Assembly: GCA_965644265.1 (NCBI GenBank)
Contig: OZ286460.1
Span: 50,158,001-50,222,000 of the forward strand
DNA: 64,000 nucleotides
Source: Glycera tridactyla
Lineage: Eukaryota
Direction of reading: 5' to 3'
Of the stretch, positions 54,570 through 64,000 are shown piece by piece. The position numbers were made by a program, and so were the translations under genes. Numbering within the stretch: position 1 is the stretch's first letter; each line of letters starts with the position of its first letter. The notes beneath the pieces were generated by a model. The model had not been told where the DNA came from. It did not search any database and was given only the letters and a program-made list of their open reading frames with translations.

Positions 54570-57500
54570 CTAGACAGGGATGAGGCTAGCAACAGGCAGT
54601 CTAGCATGACACACACTCTTATCAGGGCAGTTTGAGCTAGACTCTGCACAGAGCACAGCTCAAGCTAGACTACACTTTATATATCTATGACCGCATGAAT
54701 ATTCAAATGATAACAGTTGCCTAATAAGCAAACACCTAACACTCTCCTCTCCACATCAGAATCAATATTCAATCATTTTCTTGAAAATATTCTCTAAAAG
54801 ACACCCTCCCACTCCCCTCCCCTCCCCGCCCCCTACTCTATAAAGGCCAACCTGAGCTGCAACCGCGGTAGTGTTTTTAACAGTAAATGACCTTTCTATA
54901 AAGACCATCTCCCTATAGAGGCCACTTTTTGTTGATCAAAGGCGGTCTTTATAGAGGTTTGACTGAATAATATACAACGCTTTGTTGAACTGTACCTGGG
55001 AAAATGAAGTAGATGAGAAAAAAAGTTCAGATTTTCCGAAAGGCAAGTCAGCCCCTTTAACAGGCCATATCTGAAATGATGAGATAGCTCTTACTGATCC
55101 ATGGATAATGGGACAAAAATAATGGGCCTACTGGCAAAAAGGCAAAATTGGGAGCCAACAACAAGTTGGGGAACCGTGAGTGGATATTTGTACTTTGAAT
55201 GGGTTAATCCCTGACAGTGATCTTATCTGGAGACAGCACTCTTCAGTGAGTGAAGATTAGAATTCAACACAGTAAATATAGCCAGACACCACTAACCAAC
55301 TGGTCGCTCTATTCTGCAGAGCTCGTCTTCTGTGCTCAATCTGGACTGAAAGTATAGGGAGAACTACCAACAACATTCACTATATCTGAAAGAACCTGAG
55401 AGAGAATGTGCCAATAGCTCAGATGAGATACCAAAGGGCAAAATAATTCAATACATTCTCATGTTGTTTCTGAGTATCTTCATTTCTATGCTTCAAAAGA
55501 AGAATGTTCTCTTACCCAGTATTCAGTGTGCATGTGTGCGTGCAGTTGGCTTATCTTTGGGTTGAGGAAGAATTTCAAATGCAAACTCAAATTTGACTCC
55601 ATAATCATAGTACCCCTTATTTATATTACGCCAAATTTGACTGAGTGCATCGTTCCTGAAATTATCATGTCACACAAATTAACAAAAGTAATACAAAACT
55701 ATGAGATGCTCCTTCAATGATGGATGAATAGCATTTGTGATATATACTGCCAGAACAAGCGTGTATATAAACTGGTGGCAAGGCTAAGGGCTACACTACT
55801 GGTACGAGGAGGCAGATTAGATTTGTCGTTATGGCAGGTGATCTCATAAAGATAAAGATGAATAAACTTCACCAGTGTGCCCGCCCAGTTGGCATGTATC
55901 TAACCCTTATCAAGTCCATGATTATATGCAGGCAGGCTGGTGAAATGGCAGGGAGGCCAAGTGAAAATTCCACTTGCCTGCTTGAAAGAACAGCTGAGGA
56001 GAAAAGTTGATGTAGAGCTCTTGGTAGTGATACAGACATTCAGATTATGGAAGAGCCAGAGTCCCCAACCTCCATTTTGGCCTTTTCAGCCCACTCCACT
56101 AACATCTCAGACCATTGGTCAACAGCCCAACCTCTTCACCCCCATCACCCCCACTGGGCAATAGGAGATGGTCCATTTTAAGTCATGGGTCACAATATCT
56201 CTAGTTCATGGGCCAAAGGGCCCAATAACTGGTCAGAAAATTTTAAGGTTGGGTGGTAGAGGTGTTAGTTGCTGAGCAGCAGAATTCAACAGAATACATG
56301 GACATTGAACCTGTTGCCAATGCCGGCATACACCAAAAAATCCAGTGTGATCTCTTGGGGAAAAGGGGGCTCAAGAAGTGTTTTTTCCCCTTCAAAATAG
56401 ATGGTCTCTGATTAGGTTGGTGAAGTGTCTACTATCTTTAGTTCATACCAGCCTGATGGGGCATATTTCACTTGACTTGAGCCCTTGGATGCTCCAAAAA
56501 GCAATAAGTGGTTGAATGAAGGCAAATTACCTGTGCATTGATGGAACCATTATTGCCCTCCTCGGGCCGGTCCTTCCGCACCAAACACACAAACATCTCA
56601 GAAGATGGCACCAAACCTATCCAATAAATAAATTTCCTGAGGATCGGTATCACCTCCGTCCTGAAAACGTCGACCTACCGCAGCACACAAATGACAACAG
56701 CAGAGTCATCCTTTTATCCTGTATCAGTATTTCTGTGCAAGCAATAATTCCCTCCAAAAATTTCTCATCATGGAGAGATCACGCTCAAAATCCGATTGAT
56801 ATACACTTCATTGTCGAATATCCGTTACAAAGAAGACTGCAGTCCACAAGTTTGTTCATGCATGGTACTCCATTTCGATGCAGATCATTCATTGTTCAAC
56901 AAATCACCAGTCACTCCCGCTCCGTTTGTATGTGTATTGACTTCATGCAAATGAGATACTCCTCAAACATGTCAGAACGTTGAAACTGAAATGTACATAA
57001 AGGGTAACAAAAAAATAAGCACCGTCCCTGGCATCCATCCAGGAGGACGTCCAATCAGATTTCAGCATGGGGGCCTATTTCAATGCAGCTCAAATGCATG
57101 AAAAATATGTGATCGACACTCCTAGTTTCTATGGTATTGTGAAAGATCCATAGCAACTGAGCCTACCCCAAGGTCTGTATATGATATTGATTAGGTAAAT
57201 TGAGCACCTGGAACTTGCTCTGGTTACTGAACTGGGTATGGAATATTTCATGGATAATCTGTCAAAATTGCCCCCTAAAAAAATCCAGCCATTTCCCCAC
57301 CGTCCACAACATTCGCCCTTTTGCATTTTGTCTGTGAGTTTCAAAAGATTTCACCTCCTACTGGAGAGAGAGATGTGTGAGTCTTGAATTATCCCACCCA
57401 TGCCCATTGCATGGGCGTCACATTCGGTGCTGATGTGACATTGAACAAGAACCCTCTCCCTTTACAGATGTGGAACAGTTGGAATATTCTTGACATGTGC

Positions 57501-59597
57501 CTTCCTGTTAGGGCAGGATGTACAAATATACTTGGACATGGACGTACACTGTTGGTCCACAATTATCAGTATTCGCACCCTCGGGTGAAGAATTTGTGCA
57601 AATATGAAGATGAATCAATGAGTTACCACTGCCAATCAATAAGCTGTATTTTTTCCACATTTCTCCAATCACAGTGGCTGTCAATCAACATCAAATACTT
57701 GCTATTAGATGACTGACTAATGATATGATCGACTAGGTAATGAAAAACTATATAATGCAACATTTTCTACATCCAGGTTTGATTCTGGTTCAAATCTTCT
57801 TCAAATCATAGAATTATATATTTCCTTTTTATCGATTCATCTGCGCAAGTAAACCTGTCTTCCACATACACACCCATGCACACACACACACCCACACACC
57901 CACCCACCCACCCACCCACCCACCCACCCACACACACACACCCATCTACCCACCCTCACAGTCCTGTCCCTCATCATAAATTTTGTTCACAGCTGGTGGT
58001 TAAATATAACCATGGACAACATATAATACAATCTTGTTCAGCCAGGTGACTAGAATAGACAGTAAACACACATATATATGCAGTAAACTGCGGGCCTACA
58101 TGTCTATCTTGGAGATACCAACCAACATGTACCAAGCACCAGCTGGGACATCAATAATGAAGTGATAATCCATCATCATGCGGGTGGTGGAGGAGATCTG
58201 GTGGCATGCTCTACGGGAGTGGCCTTTTTCTGCAAGAGATAATCTGCTTATCGGGTGTGAAGCTGATAATACATTCACATCAGAGAGAGGTGGTACCAAC
58301 TGTGACTAACCACTCCCAGCCAGGAGCTTGCTTGCTCACACATGTGCTCACACACATGCGCACAAACAAACACACACAAAATTCACACTTGCTGACCAGT
58401 AAGTGAGTGAGTTTTTCACACCTGATTTTGATCATAGCACCCCTCGCCCCCTCCCCTAATCCACTTACTCACCATTAACACCTCTCATTGTGGCACACCC
58501 AGCTCACATACCTAGTATTCACACCTCTGTTATCAACAATCTAATAGGAGACCAATCCATAGAATAATGAATGGCCAGTGATCATGATTATTATACATTC
58601 AGCTTAAAACCAATCCTAATTAATCCGAGAATGCAGGCATGACAATTCCAGGGTTCATCCAGGAATTTCATAATTGTGGGCAGTTGCCCCATTAAATTCA
58701 AGAAAAGGGGACATTTCTTCACGAAATGTCTCAAAATGGATCCATTCATTACAAAATTGTGCCACCCTATTGTTGATTTAAGGGGCATCGTGGCCCTGGA
58801 TTACCTTTAAATGATGCCCATACTCCCATGAAATATGTGAAATGCTCTCATGCCCAAAGTGTGTGCACGTGCGTGCACATGCACACACATACATTCAGTA
58901 ACTTACATACAAACTGGCTATGAAACCACTCCTAAACAGTAAATCAAATTCATCTGTTCCAAGCAATCTTCTGTCCAAGACACTATATGACCACCTATTT
59001 CATTTCCTCAATGACAAAACCAATTGTTTTGTGCAGCCATCTCGGATCTGGCAGTTTGTGATCCTTGGCAAGAGTGAGAGTAGTTGCTTCAAAAACAGGT
59101 GTGATATCCTGGCAATGATTGATTTCATGAGCAGATGAAGTCTATGTGTGCAACTGGTTCTTGTGACATGAGCCTTGACACTTCACAAAGCATCTATCAG
59201 TCATAAGCAACTTTTACCTCCTTAGAGTAGCAGTTCAGTAAAGATCAATCTGCGCATCAAATCCCAAACAAACTTTTGCCATCAAATGCAGGAGTTGACA
59301 TTACAAGTTGCTCTACTGTTTGGGTAAGGTCAATCTGTTTTCGGGAAAGTGGATTGATTACAGTGCCTAAATGGCAGGTTCATGACCAGAATGTCTGTAC
59401 ACTCAATATATGGGGCAAGTGCATTCACTATTTGGGCAAGTGCATTCACTATTTGGGCAAGTGCGTCTCAGTAAAGACTTGCCTATTTGGGCAAGTGAGC
59501 TGAAGACCTTAGCACCAATCCCTGAGATTTCAAGGGAAGTTGATCAAATTAACCGATGAGGCCATTACCATGTACAGTACATCACCAGTCCTATATA

Positions 59598-59774
59598 CAG
59601 TCAAACCTGCTCTAAAGACCACCTCTCTATAAAGACCACCTGTCTATAGAGGCCACCCAGAGCTGGACCGTGATAGTATTTCCAACAGTAAATGACCTCT
59701 CTATAAAGACCACCTGCCTATAAAGACCACTTTTTGGTGCGACCGAGGGCGGTCTTTATAGACAGGTTCGACTG
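59598..59774 (+). mobile_element. TA-MITE family A
   Basis: TA|CAGTCAAACCTG...CAGGTTCGACTG|TA; near-identical to 154-329. Confidence 0.88.
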
Positions 59775-61777
59775 TATTCTGAATGACAACTGATGGAAGA
59801 TCAACAAAAACCTGTCCAGGCCTGTGTTCAGTGTTCAGTGCATGAATCACTCTCCTATTCAACACCATGTTCCTAAACTATAAATACCGATACTCATCTC
59901 ACACACAGTCAACAATAGAAAGACAACATGTGTTTAGAGTAAGTGACTTTCTGACTTAAAATCAGACCAATGTTCATCAACAACCCTGTGAACTATTAAC
60001 CGCTGAATATACATTATACATTACTAAATAAATGAATAAATGAATAAATCAATCGACTGTATTGCTCACTTATTCATAACATTATCACTATGATTAACTG
60101 AATACCCCCCACCCACCCTTCAAAAATTATTCTCTATCAAGGCACTAATCAACTTTAGTGTGCAATATCTCGGGCCGAAATGAACAGCTTCGAGGATGAG
60201 ATGAGTACGCGGGCATCTGAACCAGCCAAGCGTGACCCTATACAGAGCATGACACACGGGACACCTTGAGATGAATCGCAATCAAGGTAACTGAATTCCT
60301 TTGAGGTCATAGTTCATCTCGACAAAGTATCTGTATCTCTCCATCTACATCCCAATCTCCGACATCACAATTGATTTCACTGAAATATAGATATATAACC
60401 AGTCTTGAGTTGCCCTGATTTTCAGAAAATGGCAGCGGACATGTGCCCAATTGTAGTGTTTTCATCACACACTATGCACAGCAACTGTAAGACTCATAGT
60501 TAAAGCTGGGCAGACTAGTACTTTGAAGGGAACCTAGGCAACTCACTGAGGCCCGCCAAGAATGTATGGTACACTACAGTAGTTGTTGAACTGCCACTTC
60601 TGACCTCAGACAGGTCAATAACACTTAAAGGCATCTCAGCATATCACATATTTCATCACACAATCACGCAAGCGATTTATCATGGGGAATGGTAAGCTCT
60701 TCATCATCTTTGATCTACATGTATTTGTTTTGTTGGATCCACTCATTTCATCAAAATCTCACTCTCCATTTGATGCGCTTGAACAGACAGGTTGACTGGC
60801 TGAATGGCTGGCTGGTTGATTCACTAAAGGTAGTCCCTTGATTGCCTTGTGAATATGCCAAATGTTATGTTTATAATACCCTTGTTTAGCTAAACACAAG
60901 CACAGAGTCATGTCACTGCTACAATGATTTCTGATAAATACACCAGGTTGTTGCCATTCCTTTCAGCATGGTTCAGACATGGGTTTGTATTGAGTGATGA
61001 AAATCACATTTTCGATCAATCAATTGAGCAATGAATTGAACAATCATCCAATCAATCACCACTACCAACTTGCTATTAAACCTCTCAAAAGCAAACAGCC
61101 AAAATGATTGTGAACATCAAAATTGAAAATCCATGTTTGGGCTGCTTGCAGTAGAATGGGTAGACTTCACAACCATCTAATAAACAAGCAAAACAAATTA
61201 TTGTAAATTCAGAAAGAAATTCTGTGGCCAGTTAACATCTAAAGTAGGGCAGGTGAATTTCAGATCCGCCACCCAGTGATGTAATCAGATAAGTCAAATC
61301 TCAACCATCATCCATGCACAGGTGAGTATGTGTTGGGTATTCGTGAGGATTCAGAAGTCATCCATGGTAGCTCTCTGGAATGCCAGAAATACTTGAATAG
61401 CTGAGAGAGAGGAGCAGCTCATCCATAACTAATCCATACACCAAATGTGCATTTCAAATTTGAAAACAGTTTCAAACTGACAGTCAAACATGCTCATTTT
61501 TTCCCCCACAAGAATATTCAAAACTAGAACATTTATACAGGGAGCTGGTTCTGACTGCTGGAATGCCATTACCATATTTTCATAGGTATCATGTTCCCTG
61601 GAGAACTCTCCACCACACATGTGAGGGCATATTATACCAGATTCAGACTCCATTTCTCTCAATAGAGTAGCACATCAGTAATACAGCTATACGGAGATAG
61701 TCTCTCACCTGTCTGAGGCAGATGGATTTCAAGTATGGACAGTGGTGGTAAAACGAATAAATGCAATAAGCATAATA

Positions 61778-61960
61778 CAGTAAAACCTGTCTTGGGAGAC
61801 CGCCCAAAATACCCATGAAAAGTGGTCTCTCAAGACAGGTGGTCTCTCTCATTGGAGGTATATTTGACTATGATAAATAGAGAAGAGTCAATAAAGAGTG
61901 GTCTCCCATTGAAGGGTGGTCTCCAAAATAGGGGTCTCCCAAAACAGGTGTCCCCTCTAC
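61778..61960. mobile_element. TA-MITE family B, degenerate
   Basis: TA|CAGTAAAACCTGTC...GGAGGTATATTTGACTATG...; right end decayed. Confidence 0.6.
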
Positions 61961-63007
61961 AGGTAGGCTGAATTTTGAAGGGGCAGGTAGATTGAAATTC
62001 TACTTGCCCACTGTTCAAGTGGATTTCTGGTCCTCTGCTGCCCGGGGATGACAGAAATGAGAAACACCACATCACAGTGACATGGCCAGGCTGGGACTTT
62101 GGCAAAATAGGTAGATTGCTTCATAACTTGGAATCATGCAAGATTTTTCCATCAATTGTGATGACCCCAATAGTTTCCTGGATAGGCATATCAACCGGTC
62201 CTTTGTTGGATAGGAATTCAACCCTAGACAAGATATGAAAGGAATATGGATAATTCCAACTGCTGAACGAGATGAAAGATGACGTTGAACAGTGATTTGC
62301 TGACCTGCATATCTTACCCATAATCTGACAACTGGTTACAGTGATATGTAACAGGAGCAGATTGTAATTTACCCTGTTCATTATTCCACACAAAGCAGCA
62401 AACAAAATTGGAATAAATCTGAAAGCTCTCACTGTCACAGATATCGCTGCCCTTCATATAGATCTCTTTCATCCGCATTAATGGATTTTCAATAAATTTA
62501 ATTTACCACCCTGCCACTCATTTCTCTAATGATCTCTCTGGAGTAAACATGGAACATTCCAACCCTGGCATTCCACTCAAGCCAAGACTCAGCTTAGGCT
62601 GACCTCAATGGTGACTTATTCCAACATCTGCAGGGGCTGAAATTTGCCATGTTCATCCAATATAACAGTAGCCAAATATAGTATATTGAATACTTTTTTA
62701 ATAATCAGTAGATAACTGGAGATATTGGAGCTGCGTCTACCATGGTGAATATTGGCTTTTGCATCTAATATGAGTGAGAGTGTGAAGTATTTACGTTTGT
62801 GGTGAACTTCATCCGGGTGAGGCTGTTGGCGTAGTGATGACAATGATGGATGTTGAGGTATTGTGATGTCCTGCATCTTGCGTGGTCATTGGTTATTGCC
62901 TAGGGCTATGCAGAATATCATTACCTGCTGAATATTCTATTAATGTATTCACTCCCATCTTGGCATATCTGCTATCGCTACTGGCAACCTGGAGGGGGGG
63001 GGGGGGG

Positions 63008-63209
63008 NNNNNNNNNNNNNNNNNNNNNNNNNNNNNNNNNNNNNNNNNNNNNNNNNNNNNNNNNNNNNNNNNNNNNNNNNNNNNNNNNNNNNNNNNNNNN
63101 NNNNNNNNNNNNNNNNNNNNNNNNNNNNNNNNNNNNNNNNNNNNNNNNNNNNNNNNNNNNNNNNNNNNNNNNNNNNNNNNNNNNNNNNNNNNNNNNNNNN
63201 NNNNNNNNN
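63008..63209. other. Assembly gap (202 N) following a poly-G run
   Basis: Run of N. Confidence 1.
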
Positions 63210-64000
63210 TGACGAACCAGAACATATTGTTGGAGGGTGTGCAATCATGGTCCTGAGCAAACCCACACCACCTCAATCTCAGTCCCCAGAAGGGACGCAG
63301 CATTGCGTAACACTGGGTGCCATATCGTAACACTAGTGTGAAAGCAACTTGCTAAACTGTGATGTTTCACAAATATTATGGCTCAAAGGTTATCCATACA
63401 CTCACATAATTACCATAATGGTCAATATTTTCCCAGGTAATATGATACACCAAGTGTTGCATTCCACACCTCTATACATGTCCTATTGTAAACCCCATTT
63501 TTTCCCTCTCAAACAATCAGCCATTGACAAAAAATGAGCTTCATTCACAACTTAAGGATATCAGATTAAAGACTGGCTGTGTGCCATTTTTAGATGTGGA
63601 TAAAAAATGAATCAGGGAAAAAACTGGGATTTTGGAATGTCAGAGCATATCATTATATATTCTATCAACTCTTCAATAAATCTTGAATGCATACCATTCT
63701 GGTGCAATGGAAGCTATTGATAAAACAAGGGTGGAACTGGTGATACCAATTTGTGGCATTCATGTAATATAACATAAGCCTGTTTAGTGGGTCTCTAACT
63801 GACAGTAATATGTGTTTCTCTGACCATATCTGTTTGGGGTATGTTTTGTGTTGATGCTGAAAACCACAAGATTATTAGGTTTCTTTTTTCTCTTGACCCA
63901 ACCATGTGCCTCCCACTCTCACTCTTCATGAAACAGGAAAGGGACATCACTTGAAATAAATGTTACTTACAAACTGAACAAATGATGACATGGTATGTTT

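Noticed and set aside
59410-59480. 21-bp direct repeats TATTTGGGCAAGTGCATTCAC
   Set aside because: Only about 3 copies; most likely subterminal repeats of a decayed DNA transposon, with no further structure
62925-62988. 64-nt exon-like block (ccccctccag...CAG|gtaatg) as an ASPP 5' exon
   Set aside because: The peptide VASSDSRYAKMGVNTLIEYSA has no ASPP similarity, the acceptor is just a poly-C run beside a gap, and the phase does not fit
1-64000. tRNA, rRNA, snRNA or snoRNA genes
   Set aside because: None was recognisable by eye; tRNAscan-SE/Infernal would be needed to exclude divergent intronic snoRNAs

Overview
Draft-assembly window (four N gaps) from an AT-rich invertebrate animal genome; the species cannot be determined from the sequence. 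Three spliced genes were reconstructed by hand from GT-AG sites and reading phase. TRAPPC6 (minus strand, 5 exons, 156 aa) and Pinin/PNN (plus strand, 9 exons, 1072 aa) sit head-to-head across about 330 bp. An ASPP-family gene (PPP1R13B/TP53BP2 co-orthologue) lies on the minus strand with 8 exons found; its N-terminal exons were not located. The rest is dense in repeats: L2/CR1-group LINE fragments, about 15 Tc1/mariner-type TA-MITEs, CAGGG-ended elements with 5-6 bp TSDs, a DINE-1/Helentron-like element with 145-bp internal repeats, SINE-like copies, hairpin elements and micro/minisatellites. Best leads: (1) a hammerhead-ribozyme-like fold with a swapped G3-C8 core pair inside a Penelope-like inverted repeat in an ASPP intron; (2) conserved TRAPPC6-PNN and TRAPPC6-ASPP linkage; (3) an unidentified phase-consistent spliced ORF or pseudogene at 33-38 kb; (4) a possible TATA-driven alternative first exon of ASPP. 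All homology calls are from memory of the protein families; no database search was run.
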